DNA of 64,000 bases from a virus (IMGVR_UViG_2639762904_000002:3973-67972); one strand, 5' to 3'. Shown: positions 9,523 to 19,891, numbered from the stretch's first letter. Program-made: numbers and translations. Notes: generated from the letters alone by a model not told the origin.

Positions 9523-9742
9523 TATCGCTGACTTTGCCAATGACCTGATGCAAGAGCGCATCGATCAGGCACTTGCTGCACGCAATGCCAATAAACCTGC
9601 GATCTCCACGCATTCGCTTATGTTTTGCGAAGGCTGCGACGAGGCTATCCCTCTGGAACGCCGACTTGCCATCGCTGGCTGCACCCAGTGTGTGATCTGC
9701 CAATCCATCGACGAAGCTAGGAAAGCTCGCCATGCTCGATGA
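9515..9742 (+). CDS. TraR/DksA C4 zinc-finger protein
   Basis: MADIAD, CEGC...IPLERRLAIAGCTQCVIC. Confidence 0.9.
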   Translation: MADIADFANDLMQERIDQALAARNANKPAISTHSLMFCEGCDEAIPLERRLAIAGCTQCVICQSIDEARKARHAR

Positions 9743-11954
9743 TGTACTGAATCAGTTCGCGGATTACGGACTGGAGCCTTCACAGCCATTGGTATTCGGC
9801 AAGCTTACCCGCTGCAAAACCACTCAGGATAAAGGCAAAGAGAAAAACGGCTGGTACGTCATCCACGAACATCGCACCGAAAAAAACGAAATATTGATCT
9901 TCGGCAGCTTCGGTGATTGGCGTTCAGGCGATACCCAAAAGATCAAGGTCAAGGCCGGGCGCATGAGCCCTGAAGAGCGCGAAGTTATGCGCGCGCGCCA
10001 AGAAGATGCCAAACGCAAGGCCGCTGAGATCGCTGCCAACGCATCACGCCGAGCGGCCAACCGTGCTGCCAGCTTGTTCAAGCGCATGCCCGAAAAAGGT
10101 AAAAGCGCCTATCTGGATCGTAAGCAGATCGTAGGATTCAGGGTTCGCTATGCGCCCCGCACCGGCGCTTTTTTAGTGCCCATGTGCAACGTGCGTGACC
10201 AGATCGTCGGCCTGCAGGTGATCTTTCCTGCGAAGCAAGAGGAAACCGGGCGCGACAAAGCGTATTGGCCCTACGGTATGTCGAAGGAAGGCGCATTCCA
10301 CCTGATCGGCCCACACCCTGAACCCGGAGAGCCGGTGCTGGTGTGTGAGGGCTACGCCACGGGCGCAAGCCTGCACATGGCGACCTCGCTCCCTGTCGCC
10401 ATCGCTTTCGACGCTGGCAACCTGCTTCCTGTTTCCAAAGCGATGCGCGAGCGCTTCCCCGGCTGCCCGTTGATCATCTGCCGGGACGACGACTGGAAAA
10501 CGAAGCGTCCCAACGGTGACCCTTGGAACCCAGGTGAAGAGAAAGCCAACAATGCCGCGCTGGTCGTCGGTGGTCAGGTAGTTGCCCCGGTGTTCTCCGG
10601 CGAACGTGAGATCAAGTGGACCGACTTCAACGACCTGCACGTCGCCGAAGGATTGGAGGCCGTCCGCCGCCAGGTGCTTGCGGTGGTCAAGCCTCCTGCA
10701 GCGGGTGGCTGGAAGGACCAACTGGCCCGCACCGAAAACGGCTCCCTGATTGCGCACATGCAGAACGTAGAGCTGATCCTGGGCAATGATGAACGCTGGG
10801 CCGGTGTGATCGGCTTTAGCGCCTTCAGTTCCAAGATCGTCAAGTTACGGGCTGCACCTTACGGAGGCGGTGTTGGTGATTGGGCGGATATCGACGATGT
10901 GCTGGTGATGAAGTGGCTTGCGCAACAGTACAACCTTCGAGTGAAGGCCAGCAGCGTAATTGAGGCGGTCAGCGTGGTTGCTCATAACCATGCGTTTCAT
11001 CCGGTACGCGACTACTTGAATGATTTGGAGTGGGATCGTGTTCCACGACTGGATACCTGGTTGACGGACATCATGGGTGTGGTCGCCACGGATTACAGCT
11101 CGAAGGTTGGTAAGCGTTGGATGGTCTCAGCGGTCGGGCGAGTGATGCAGCCGGGTTGTAAGGCTGACTCGGTGATGATTCTTGAAGGGGCACAGGGGGC
11201 CGGTAAGTCTACGGCAATGGCAGTGCTGGGCGGTGCTTGGTTCATGGATACCCCTTTTGCTTTGGGCGACAAAGATGGGTTCCAGGCGATCCGTGGTAAA
11301 TGGATCATCGAGCTGGGGGAACTTGATAGTTTCAACAAAGCTGAATCGACAAAGGCGAAGCAGTTTTTCTCGGCGTCAACTGACACCTATCGAGAGAGCT
11401 ATGGACGCAGAACGATGGACGTGCCACGCCAGTGTGTTTTTGTGGGCACCACAAACCAAGACGAATATCTCAAAGATGCAACGGGCAACCGGCGTTACTG
11501 GCCGGTCGCTTGTACCAAGGTCGATTTGGACCAGTTGCGCGAAGTCCGTGACCAGCTTTGGGCCGAAGCGATGTTCTGTTATCAGTCCGGGGACATCTGG
11601 TGGGTTAACCGTGATGAGGCCCCACTGTTCGCTGAAGCGCAGGAATCGCGCTTTGTCGTGGATGAATGGGAAGGACCGATTCTCAAATGGCTCGAAGAGT
11701 CGCAGATCGGCGCTACAGCTAGCGGCGAGGATGTTTTAGCCGGCGCTTTGAAACTCGATTACGGCCATTGGGGCAAGCCCGAGCAGATGCGTGTGGGTGC
11801 AATTATGCATCGCCTCGGATGGAGAAAGGTGCGACTGCCACCGTTGCCGAAAAGTGGTATTCGGCCATATGCCTACAAGAAGCCAGATCATTGGGGCGGT
11901 GCATCAGCGCTGCAGGTTGAGGGTGCGCGGGATGAGGAGCCTTGCTTTGATTAA
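9732..11954 (+). CDS. Toprim primase fused to VirE/VapE P-loop helicase
   Basis: CEGYATG, DDD, TDFNDLH; Walker A GAQGAGKS; TGNRRYWP. Confidence 0.9.
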   Translation: MLDDVLNQFADYGLEPSQPLVFGKLTRCKTTQDKGKEKNGWYVIHEHRTEKNEILIFGSFGDWRSGDTQKIKVKAGRMSPEEREVMRARQEDAKRKAAEIAANASRRAANRAASLFKRMPEKGKSAYLDRKQIVGFRVRYAPRTGAFLVPMCNVRDQIVGLQVIFPAKQEETGRDKAYWPYGMSKEGAFHLIGPHPEPGEPVLVCEGYATGASLHMATSLPVAIAFDAGNLLPVSKAMRERFPGCPLIICRDDDWKTKRPNGDPWNPGEEKANNAALVVGGQVVAPVFSGEREIKWTDFNDLHVAEGLEAVRRQVLAVVKPPAAGGWKDQLARTENGSLIAHMQNVELILGNDERWAGVIGFSAFSSKIVKLRAAPYGGGVGDWADIDDVLVMKWLAQQYNLRVKASSVIEAVSVVAHNHAFHPVRDYLNDLEWDRVPRLDTWLTDIMGVVATDYSSKVGKRWMVSAVGRVMQPGCKADSVMILEGAQGAGKSTAMAVLGGAWFMDTPFALGDKDGFQAIRGKWIIELGELDSFNKAESTKAKQFFSASTDTYRESYGRRTMDVPRQCVFVGTTNQDEYLKDATGNRRYWPVACTKVDLDQLREVRDQLWAEAMFCYQSGDIWWVNRDEAPLFAEAQESRFVVDEWEGPILKWLEESQIGATASGEDVLAGALKLDYGHWGKPEQMRVGAIMHRLGWRKVRLPPLPKSGIRPYAYKKPDHWGGASALQVEGARDEEPCFD

Positions 11955-12312
11955 GCGAATCGATGAAATGCTAAAGCTTTGGGCTCAGGATCTGCATTCT
12001 CCGGTTCCAGAAAACTCTGGCGGGCCGAGCGGCGGCAACATGATCGCCATGCTGATGGAGTGCAAGGGGGAGTTGATACGTGGCACGCGTGGAAGTCGGG
12101 TGTTGCTGGATGAATCAGCCGACATTGAGCTGATCGTCAACAAACATTTGGCGCCTGAACTGGCAGTGGTGGTGTGGGAGCACTATTGCAATCAGGAAAG
12201 CTTCCTCTCCCAGAAGATGTTGCATTGCGGATGCAGCGCGCCAACGTATTACCGTCGCTTGCACGATGCTCATGTGAGCATTGATGGCCTCCTCATGGGC
12301 AAAGCCGCATGA
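11947..12312 (+). CDS. Probable late-gene antiterminator (Q-like)
   Basis: TTG start after GAGGAG; C-terminal HTH-like TYYRRLHDAH; precedes late operon. Confidence 0.6.
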   Translation: MIKRIDEMLKLWAQDLHSPVPENSGGPSGGNMIAMLMECKGELIRGTRGSRVLLDESADIELIVNKHLAPELAVVVWEHYCNQESFLSQKMLHCGCSAPTYYRRLHDAHVSIDGLLMGKAA

Positions 12313-12337
12313 GCCTGGGTACTACTCTATCAATTCG

Positions 12338-12613
12338 TGTCCTACTGTCCGACCTTGTCCTACCTGCATTTTGCAAGGTAGGACTGCCACAGGCCGCGCC
12401 GTTCGGGGCCTGTCCTACTACCCTACCTCCCACAGCACTCTGCGCATGTGAGCGTAGCGCGATGCATAACGCGCCGTTGGCGCGCACGCGTGTTTTAACT
12501 TTCTTCCTTTACACGAGAAAAAGTTAAAAAAGGTAGGGCAGTAGGGCAAGCCCACGAATTCAGGGGCCTGTAGCTGTCCTACCTTATTTCAAAATAGTAG
12601 GGCAGGTAAGACA
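12338..12613. repeat. Array of ~11 TG(T/C)CCTAC-like octamers in both orientations; putative replication origin
   Basis: TGTCCTAC at 12338, 12356, 12411, 12575; GTAGGGCA at 12533, 12541, 12597; variants in between. Confidence 0.7.
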
Positions 12614-12784
12614 GCGCCGGAGGCGCTTGGAGCCGAAGTAAAGATATTCACCGACATTGCCAGGACGTTGACCAGATATTGGCCGGGTGGCATTAAAACA
12701 GGCTTGCTGCCATGAGAATCCACCTGTAAAAAGTACCCATCTTCGATAGGTGCGACCGCAAGCAGCGGGACACACCACCACACC

Positions 12785-12810
12785 AAACCCGGCCACTGCG
12801 CCGGGTTTTT
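12785..12810 (+). terminator. Intrinsic terminator upstream of holin
   Basis: AAACCCGGC-cactgc-GCCGGGTTTTT. Confidence 0.6.
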
Positions 12811-12829
12811 GCGTTTATGGGGAAAGGCA

Positions 12830-13174
12830 ATGACGAACGAGCAGCAAGCGCTTATTGATATGCCGGTCTGGATGGTGATCCTTCTGTCCCTGGTCGGCGG
12901 CATATCCGGCGAGGCATGGCGGGCCGATAAAGCGGGGGCAAGCGGTTGGTCCTTGGTCCGCCGTTTGGTGCTTCGATCCGGGGCCTGTGTGGTCTGCGGG
13001 CTTTCCACCATGATGTTGCTGCACGCTTCGGGCATGTCGGTCCTGGCGGCGGGTAGCATTGGGTGCCTCACCGCGATGGCCGGGGCCGACGTTGCCATCG
13101 GGCTGTACGAACGCTGGGCTGCCAAGCGGTTGGGCGTGTGCGATGTGCCTCCCTCGGGCAGCGGTCAGGCATGA
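12830..13174 (+). CDS. Phage holin
   Basis: Three hydrophobic segments; near-identical to tailocin gene 51598-51936. Confidence 0.8.
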   Translation: MTNEQQALIDMPVWMVILLSLVGGISGEAWRADKAGASGWSLVRRLVLRSGACVVCGLSTMMLLHASGMSVLAAGSIGCLTAMAGADVAIGLYERWAAKRLGVCDVPPSGSGQA

Positions 13175-13305
13175 TGTGCTGGAGGCTACGTAATACGTGG
13201 CTTTCAGGATTATGCATCAAAATGGTGCATCGAGAAGTCGCCGGGGACCCTGGGGACATTAGAGGGACACGGGGCATGAAACCCGCGGAGAAGCGTTAGC
13301 GGCTA

Positions 13306-13370
13306 GGTTTACCACGTTGGTTGACAGAGGTTGACGGTGGTTGACAGTCATAGGTTGACAGGAGGTTTAC
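13306..13370 (+). repeat. Six GGTT(G/T)AC direct repeats upstream of terS
   Basis: Copies at 13306, 13319, 13329, 13339, 13353, 13364. Confidence 0.7.
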
Positions 13371-13934
13371 ATGACCATTTTGAGCCGTACGGAATATGCG
13401 GCAAGTAAGGGCTGGTCCCGTCAATACGTTGGTAAATTGGTCCAGCGTGGCCGTCTTGTGCTGACACTGGACGGAAAAGTGGACGTTGAGGCAAGTGAGC
13501 AATATCTCGCAATGACTAGCGATCCCGCCCGTAGTAATTCGCTTGGCAACGTTCCGCTGGTCCTCGGCATCCAAGAGCGAGAGCCGGCATTTCCTCATGC
13601 TTCGCCGGGCGCGATTCCCACGGCTGCGCCGGACTACCAAAAAGCACGTACCCGGCTTGCGCTAGCCCAAGCTGAAAAGGCTGAGAGCGAAGTACTTAGA
13701 GCGAACGGTGAGTTGGTTGAGCGATCAGTCGTCGATGAGGCCGCTTTCGCATCAGGTCGGATGGTTCGCGATCTGCTATTGGCGCTGCCGCCTAAGCTGG
13801 CCCCAGAACTTTCAGCAATGAGTGATTCCTGGGATATAGAAAAACACCTGATGAAAGAGCTCCGTAGTGTGCTTGAGGATGCCGAGCGCATTTCCACTGA
13901 AGACTTTATTCATGCTGTAACGACTACGAGCTAA
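13371..13934 (+). CDS. Terminase small subunit
   Basis: N-terminal wHTH, GELVER coiled coil, directly before terL. Confidence 0.85.
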   Translation: MTILSRTEYAASKGWSRQYVGKLVQRGRLVLTLDGKVDVEASEQYLAMTSDPARSNSLGNVPLVLGIQEREPAFPHASPGAIPTAAPDYQKARTRLALAQAEKAESEVLRANGELVERSVVDEAAFASGRMVRDLLLALPPKLAPELSAMSDSWDIEKHLMKELRSVLEDAERISTEDFIHAVTTTS

Positions 13935-13938
13935 GCCT

Positions 13939-15939
13939 ATGCCTGCCGAATATGCCAACGGTGCAGAGGTGTACCGCGAAGCGTATTACCGTGGGCTGCG
14001 TCCAGAGCCAGCGCTTTGGGTTGATGAGTGGGCCGATGAGTACATGCGCATTCCGCGTGATACAGGTGCCGCCGAGCCAGGTAAATACCGTACATCGCGA
14101 ACACCTTATGCTCGCGAGCCGATGCGGTGCTTGTCGCCATCGCATCGATGCAAACGTGTGGTCACTATGGTGGCCTCGCAACTTATGAAAACGCAGATCG
14201 CCTTGAATTGGATCGGTGGTCTGATCCACATGGCACCTTCCAACATCCTGACCTTGTTGCCGAGTTTGGGGCTGGCCAAACGGGTGTCCTCGCGAATTAG
14301 CAAGACAATCAAGGCAACGCCCGTATTGCGGGAGCGTGTCGCCTCTAGTCGTTCGCGTGATTCACGCAACACCATGGACACTAAAGAGTTTGAGGGTGGG
14401 TCGCTGTACGTCACCACGGCTGGCTCTGCGGCCAACTTGGCCGAGCTGTCGGCGCGCTACGTGTACGGCGATGAAATTGACCGCTGGGAAGTCGACGTAG
14501 GCGAAGAGGGCGACCCCATCGAACTGGCGGAAACGCGGGGAAGTACCTTCGGCCGCAATGCGAAGTTCTATTTCTCCAGTTCGCCGACGATCAAGGGCGC
14601 CTCGCGAATCGACGATCTGTTCGAGGGTAGCGACCAGCGTTACTACTACGTGCCGTGCCCGTCCTGCGGGCACATGCAGACCCTGGAGTGGGAGCGGCTG
14701 CATTACTCCCAGGACTTCAGCATCGTGCATTACGAGTGCGCCGCGCCTGACTGCGACGTGCTGATTGAGGAACATCACAAGGGCGACATGCTCGCCCGTG
14801 GTGAGTGGCGTGCCCATGCCAAAGGCGATGGCGAGACAGTCGGCTTCCACCTCAACGCTCTGTATTCACCCTTGGGTTGGACGGGCTGGAAGTCGCTGGC
14901 GAAGCAATTCGAAAAGGCGAAAAAAGCCCAGGCCAAAGGCGACCTTGAGCCCATGCAGGTGTTCTATAACACCCGTCTGGCTAAGGTGTGGGACAGCGCG
15001 CAAGAGCAGACCAAGGCATCGGTGCTGATCGAGCGGGCGCGCCGGGAAGGCTTCTCCCTCGGTGCGATGCCCACCGCCGTGATGATGATCACGGGCGCTG
15101 TCGACGTGCAGGCTGATCGCCTGGAGTTCATGGCAATGGGCTGGGGCGTCGGCATGGAGCGCTGGGTCATCGATCACCGTGTGATCGCGGGCGACCCCTC
15201 GGACGAACGCACCTGGGCTGTACTGGATGAACTACTGAAAGAGCGGTACCGGCATCCCTGTGGTGTTGGCCTGGGCATTCTCGCGGTCGCCGTCGACTCC
15301 GGCGGTCATCACACCGACGAGGTCTACCAGTTCTGCCGCGTGCGACGCTGGCGCAACATCTTCGCCATCAAAGGCGCGAGCAAGCCGGGTAAGCCGGTGA
15401 TCGCTCAGCGGCCGTCCATGGTGGATGTGACCTGGAAGGGCCAGACCGAACGCGGTGGCGCCGAGCTGTGGTTTGTCGGTACCGACACTGCAAAGGACTG
15501 GATCTACAACCGCTACCCGTTCGAATCGGGGCCCGGCGCGCTGCACTTTGCCAACGACCTGCCGGACGAGTTCTTCGCCCAGTGCGTGGCCGAGCGCAAG
15601 GTCGCCAAGTACGTGCGCGGCCACAAGCGTATCGAGTGGATTAAGGGCAAGGCCGAGCGCAACGAAGCCCTCGACCTGATGGTGTATTGCCTGGCGATGG
15701 CGCATTACCTCGGCATCAACCGGTATCAGGAACATGACTGGGACCGGGTACGTAACTCGCTGGCCCAGGCCGGTTTGTTCGATGAAAAGGTGGTCGCCGC
15801 TGAGCGTGTCACGGTTTCCGCACAGGCTCCCGCGACACCGCAAGTGGCGCTGCAACCCGTTGCCCCGGTCGCCCAACCGCGACCTGTTGCGCCCCCACAA
15901 CGGCGCAGCTCCAGCAGCGGATATCTGAAGAGACGGTAG
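13939..15939 (+). CDS. Terminase large subunit (lambda gpA family)
   Basis: ASQLMKT, YGDEID, SSPTIKG, VDSGG, RNEALD. Confidence 0.95.
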   Translation: MPAEYANGAEVYREAYYRGLRPEPALWVDEWADEYMRIPRDTGAAEPGKYRTSRTPYAREPMRCLSPSHRCKRVVTMVASQLMKTQIALNWIGGLIHMAPSNILTLLPSLGLAKRVSSRISKTIKATPVLRERVASSRSRDSRNTMDTKEFEGGSLYVTTAGSAANLAELSARYVYGDEIDRWEVDVGEEGDPIELAETRGSTFGRNAKFYFSSSPTIKGASRIDDLFEGSDQRYYYVPCPSCGHMQTLEWERLHYSQDFSIVHYECAAPDCDVLIEEHHKGDMLARGEWRAHAKGDGETVGFHLNALYSPLGWTGWKSLAKQFEKAKKAQAKGDLEPMQVFYNTRLAKVWDSAQEQTKASVLIERARREGFSLGAMPTAVMMITGAVDVQADRLEFMAMGWGVGMERWVIDHRVIAGDPSDERTWAVLDELLKERYRHPCGVGLGILAVAVDSGGHHTDEVYQFCRVRRWRNIFAIKGASKPGKPVIAQRPSMVDVTWKGQTERGGAELWFVGTDTAKDWIYNRYPFESGPGALHFANDLPDEFFAQCVAERKVAKYVRGHKRIEWIKGKAERNEALDLMVYCLAMAHYLGINRYQEHDWDRVRNSLAQAGLFDEKVVAAERVTVSAQAPATPQVALQPVAPVAQPRPVAPPQRRSSSSGYLKRR

Positions 15940-15940
15940 T

Positions 15941-16378
15941 TCAGGTCAGTCCAATTAAAGGGCTGATAATTCTGGCTCCGAGCCCGAGTGCCTCAGATAC
16001 CAGTCCGCGAGCAACCTCTTTACCACCTTCTTTGGCGGTGGTCGCAAGCTGCTCCCCGATGGGGGTGGTCGAGGCAATACTTTTTGGAATGGCCTTAAGA
16101 ACTTCAAGACCCTTCGCTGTAAGTATTGCATCGTCAACGCGAAGGTATGGATAAGTCTTGCAGGTGAGATAACCCGCTTGCATTAGCCAATCAGCTGTAG
16201 CGATAAAAAACTCCGCGTCCTCGGTCGGCACCTCAGTGCCATAACGCTCATCGTACTGCATCGCATTGTCGACGAATGCGCCCGCCATGAGCATTTTAGG
16301 AAGAGGAAAACTTTGGTAAAGCTCGGCAAAAATTTTGCCGGTGATCTCATCAAACTTTTCAATATTGGAGACGGTCAT
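15941..16378 (-). CDS. Moron-like hypothetical protein antisense within head operon
   Basis: 145-aa ORF with RBS, lower GC; wHTH-like WLMQAGYL...LTAKGLEVL. Confidence 0.7.
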   Translation of the reverse strand: MTVSNIEKFDEITGKIFAELYQSFPLPKMLMAGAFVDNAMQYDERYGTEVPTEDAEFFIATADWLMQAGYLTCKTYPYLRVDDAILTAKGLEVLKAIPKSIASTTPIGEQLATTAKEGGKEVARGLVSEALGLGARIISPLIGLT

Positions 16379-16628
16379 GTCAGAAAACCTCAAGGATAAG
16401 GGGCTGCGAGCACAGGAATTTAAAGCCGCAGCCGAGCTTCAGCAAGAACTGCGAAGAGTGGTTACAGATCAATTGACAGGAAGAATGGACTGGGTGCGGG
16501 CTATTACCTACTGGCGAACACGGCTTCCAGACATTGGATCTGATGAGTTAGCCGATGCGCTCGCCCATGTATTGGCGGGAGGCAGTTTCAAGCAAGACAT
16601 TCAGTCGAGAAACCAGAACTTTACCTGA
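16377..16628 (+). CDS. Small hypothetical protein
   Basis: GGAG RBS then ATG sharing CATG with the divergent gene. Confidence 0.5.
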   Translation: MSENLKDKGLRAQEFKAAAELQQELRRVVTDQLTGRMDWVRAITYWRTRLPDIGSDELADALAHVLAGGSFKQDIQSRNQNFT

Positions 16629-16668
16629 CGGTTGTAGAACGCCGTCAGTTCCCTCCAGAGCCATTGTT

Positions 16669-16875
16669 ATGTCATTCACTCAGAAGCACCTCGAAGCCAT
16701 CGAGCGCGCCATTGCGCGCGGTGAAAAGACCGTGCGCTACAGCGACCGCACGGTGGAATACCGCTCCATCGACGAACTGCTCAAGGCCCGCGACGAGATT
16801 CGCACGTCGCTGACCAACGCCGCCGGGCCGCGCTCTCGCGTGGTTCGGCTCATGCATGGAGGCAAAGGACTCTAA
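16669..16875 (+). CDS. Head-tail joining protein (gpW-like)
   Basis: AIARGEKTVRYSDRTVEYRSIDEL; before portal. Confidence 0.85.
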   Translation: MSFTQKHLEAIERAIARGEKTVRYSDRTVEYRSIDELLKARDEIRTSLTNAAGPRSRVVRLMHGGKGL

Positions 16876-18356
16876 TGGCACGACACTATCCGACGCTGAC
16901 CCGTAATGGATTCTTGCTGCCGTCGAACATCAAGGCCAGTTACGAAGGCGCGGGTGAGGGCCGACGCTCGGCCAGCTGGGAAGCTACCGACAACGGCATC
17001 AACAGCATCAACACCCCGGCTCTGCGTAACCTGCGGGCGCGTTCACGGGCGGCGGTGCGCAATGACCCGTACGCCTTCAATGTCATCGACAAGCGCGTCA
17101 GCAACCTGATCGGCACCGGCATTACCCCCAGGCCGACCACGGATGACGCGGAACTGCGCAAACTCCAGCAGCAATTGTGGGACGACTGGGTTGACGAAGC
17201 GGACGCCGATGAACTGACCGACTTCTACGGCATGCAGGCCCTGGTGGCGCGCACGGTTGAAACGGCCGGTGAGTGCTTTGTGCGGTTGCGGCCGCGCAGC
17301 CTAAGTGAGGGGTTAGCGGTGCCGCTACAACTGCAGGCGCTGGCACCTGAGTTTGTCCCACATGACAAGTTCGAGACGGCCAAAAACGGCAACGTCATCC
17401 GCGCCGGGATCGAGTTCAATCCGGCCGGCAAGCGTGTGGCGTACTGGATGTACTTGTCGCACCCTCGCGATTCGTCGTCGTTAAACGTCGGTTACAACCA
17501 GCTGGTGCGCGTACCGTCGACACAGGTGCTGCACATCTTCGAACCGATGGAGCCTGGGCAACTGCGCGGCGTGCCGCGTCTGGCGCCTGTACTGAAACGC
17601 CTGCGCAGCCTGGACAACTACGATGACGCGGTGTTGTTCCGCCAGGAGGTGGCAAATCTGTTTGCTGGCTTCATCAAGCGCCCCGCGCCGGACAGCGGGC
17701 ACCAACCGCGTGACCCAGTAACGGGGCAACTGCTGACCACCGACCGCGACGGCTTCACACCGATGGTGGCCCTAGAGCCCGGCACCATGCAGGAGCTGGG
17801 GCCAGGTGAAGAGGTGGAATTCTCCAAACCGCCGGACGCCGGCAACAACTACCCGGACTTCATGCGGCAGCAGCTGATGGCTGCGGCGGCGGGTTCGGGC
17901 ACGCCGTACGAGATCCTTACCGGCGATATGCGAGAGGTCAACGACCGGGCCCTGCGGGTGGTACTCAACGAGTTCCGGCGCCGCCTGGAGCAGCTGCAAT
18001 TTGGCGTCTACGTGCATCAGCTGTGTCGTCCGGTGCGCGCTGCCTGGATGGACATGGCGGTGCTGTCCGGCGCCCTGGTGCTGGAAGACTACGCCCAACG
18101 TCGGCGCGAATACCTGCGCACACGCTGGGTGCCACAAGGCTGGGCCTACATTCAGCCGGTGCAGGACGTCCAGGCGCGGCGGATGGAAGTGCAGGCAGGC
18201 TTCGGTTCACGCAGCGAGATGTGTCTGCGCAACGGATACGACGCGGAAACCATCGACGCGGAAAACGCGGCCGACCTCGCCAGGTCCACCGATCTGGGCC
18301 TCAACTACACCACGCTTGATGCCATCGAGCCGATGGATGACAAGGAACAACCATGA
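16875..18356 (+). CDS. Portal protein, lambda family
   Basis: LRARSRAAVRND, RPGQLRG-like EPGQLRGVP; position. Confidence 0.93.
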   Translation: MARHYPTLTRNGFLLPSNIKASYEGAGEGRRSASWEATDNGINSINTPALRNLRARSRAAVRNDPYAFNVIDKRVSNLIGTGITPRPTTDDAELRKLQQQLWDDWVDEADADELTDFYGMQALVARTVETAGECFVRLRPRSLSEGLAVPLQLQALAPEFVPHDKFETAKNGNVIRAGIEFNPAGKRVAYWMYLSHPRDSSSLNVGYNQLVRVPSTQVLHIFEPMEPGQLRGVPRLAPVLKRLRSLDNYDDAVLFRQEVANLFAGFIKRPAPDSGHQPRDPVTGQLLTTDRDGFTPMVALEPGTMQELGPGEEVEFSKPPDAGNNYPDFMRQQLMAAAAGSGTPYEILTGDMREVNDRALRVVLNEFRRRLEQLQFGVYVHQLCRPVRAAWMDMAVLSGALVLEDYAQRRREYLRTRWVPQGWAYIQPVQDVQARRMEVQAGFGSRSEMCLRNGYDAETIDAENAADLARSTDLGLNYTTLDAIEPMDDKEQP

Positions 18357-19495
18357 GTAAAAAAGCGATCCCGCGCATTTATGACAAGGCTGGCAAGCAG
18401 GTAAAAGTCGCGGATAAAAGTTGGTACACCTTCCAGGCCAGCGGCGAAGCCGAGCAACAGACCATTGAGGTCTTTGTATACGGCGAGATCGGCACCTGGG
18501 GTGTCAGCGCTAACCAGTTTGTTCAGGACCTGCGGGCGATGGATGACGGCGTTTCCCCTGTCGTTGTGGCGTTCAACAGCATTGGCGGCGACCTATTCGA
18601 CGGCCTGGCTATTCACAACGCGCTGTCGCGCTTGGGCGAACGCTGTACCGGGCGCATTGATGCGCTGGCGGCCAGCGCGGCCAGTGTTGCTGTGTGTGGC
18701 GCTCACCGGGTGGTCATCGCGGCCAATGCGATGCTGATGATCCACAACCCCTACACCTTTACCGGCGGTGATGCCGAGGACTTTCGGCGTGTCGCCGACG
18801 TGCTGGACCAGACGCTGGAAGCGATCATTGCGGCCTACAAGTCCAAAGCGCCGGACATCGACGAGGCCGAGCTGCGGCGCATGGTTAACGCCGAAACCTG
18901 GCTGACGGCCAACGAAGCAGTGGCCTTGGGCTTGGCCGATGAAGTGGGCGACGGGCTGAAGGTGAAAGCCTGCCTCGGGCAGGGCAGCGTGTTGCAACGC
19001 TTCCAGAACGCCCCGGCTGAATTGCTGGCTCAGTTGGACGAAGAGCCGGATGTAGAGCCGACTGGTCCTGTAAACCCTGCGGATCCAGCACCCGTATTGG
19101 ACGCTGCCGGATTGGCGTTGATGGTTACCAAGGGGTGTGCGGCGGCTGGCATCAGCAACCTGGTGGACCCGATACTCGCTTCGACGAAGCTGGAAAGCGA
19201 AGCGGTAGTCACTGCGGCGCTGACCAAGGCGAAAGCGCTGCACGGCCTGTGTGTCGCGGCACGATTGCCGGAACTGACCGGCGAATTTCTGGCTGCCGGT
19301 CTGGATGAAGCTGCTGTCAGGGCGCGCCTGTTCGACAAGCTGGTAAGCAGCGGTGGCGGTTTTGAAATCAACAACAGTCTGCCGCTCGACAATGATCCGG
19401 CACCCACTATCAAGGCCAAACAGGTCGACAGTCATTCAATCTGGGCAAGCCGGCAGGCGGCGCAGAACGGAACCTCGAAAGGAGTAAGAGCATGA
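18353..19495 (+). CDS. ClpP-like head maturation protease with scaffold region
   Basis: NSIGGD, ASAAS, MIHNP, ETWLTANEA. Confidence 0.92.
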   Translation: MSKKAIPRIYDKAGKQVKVADKSWYTFQASGEAEQQTIEVFVYGEIGTWGVSANQFVQDLRAMDDGVSPVVVAFNSIGGDLFDGLAIHNALSRLGERCTGRIDALAASAASVAVCGAHRVVIAANAMLMIHNPYTFTGGDAEDFRRVADVLDQTLEAIIAAYKSKAPDIDEAELRRMVNAETWLTANEAVALGLADEVGDGLKVKACLGQGSVLQRFQNAPAELLAQLDEEPDVEPTGPVNPADPAPVLDAAGLALMVTKGCAAAGISNLVDPILASTKLESEAVVTAALTKAKALHGLCVAARLPELTGEFLAAGLDEAAVRARLFDKLVSSGGGFEINNSLPLDNDPAPTIKAKQVDSHSIWASRQAAQNGTSKGVRA

Positions 19496-19830
19496 AAACT
19501 GAATCGATGCACGCGGGCGAGTTCCTACTGTCCGAAGGCGCTGGCAACATTTCCCGCGAAGCGATCAACGTAGCGGCAGGGCCTGCCCTGGAACCGGGCC
19601 AGATCCTCGGCCTGGTCACAGCCAGCGGTGAGTTTGCGCCTTATAAAGCGACAGCTGAGGACGGCACCGAAAACGCCGTGGCGATCCTCTACGGGCCTTT
19701 AAGCGAATCCGATGTTGTCCGGCGCGGTCGTGCCATCGTGCGGCTGGCTGAGGTCAGCGAGGCGCATTTGACCGGCCTCGACCCCGCCGCTGAAAAAGCC
19801 CTGGCCGCCCATTTCGTGATCGTCCGCTAA
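19492..19830 (+). CDS. Head decoration protein
   Basis: Size, position, GQILG motif. Confidence 0.85.
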   Translation: MKTESMHAGEFLLSEGAGNISREAINVAAGPALEPGQILGLVTASGEFAPYKATAEDGTENAVAILYGPLSESDVVRRGRAIVRLAEVSEAHLTGLDPAAEKALAAHFVIVR

Positions 19831-19891
19831 GGCTTTCAATCATCTATCCATCCCGCCGAGTGCGGGATTTTTCGTTTCTGGAGAGTACCCC

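Noticed and set aside
12309-12527. 72-aa ORF after the Q-like gene
   Set aside because: Overlies the iteron array and its sequence is explained by the repeats; not excluded but unsupported
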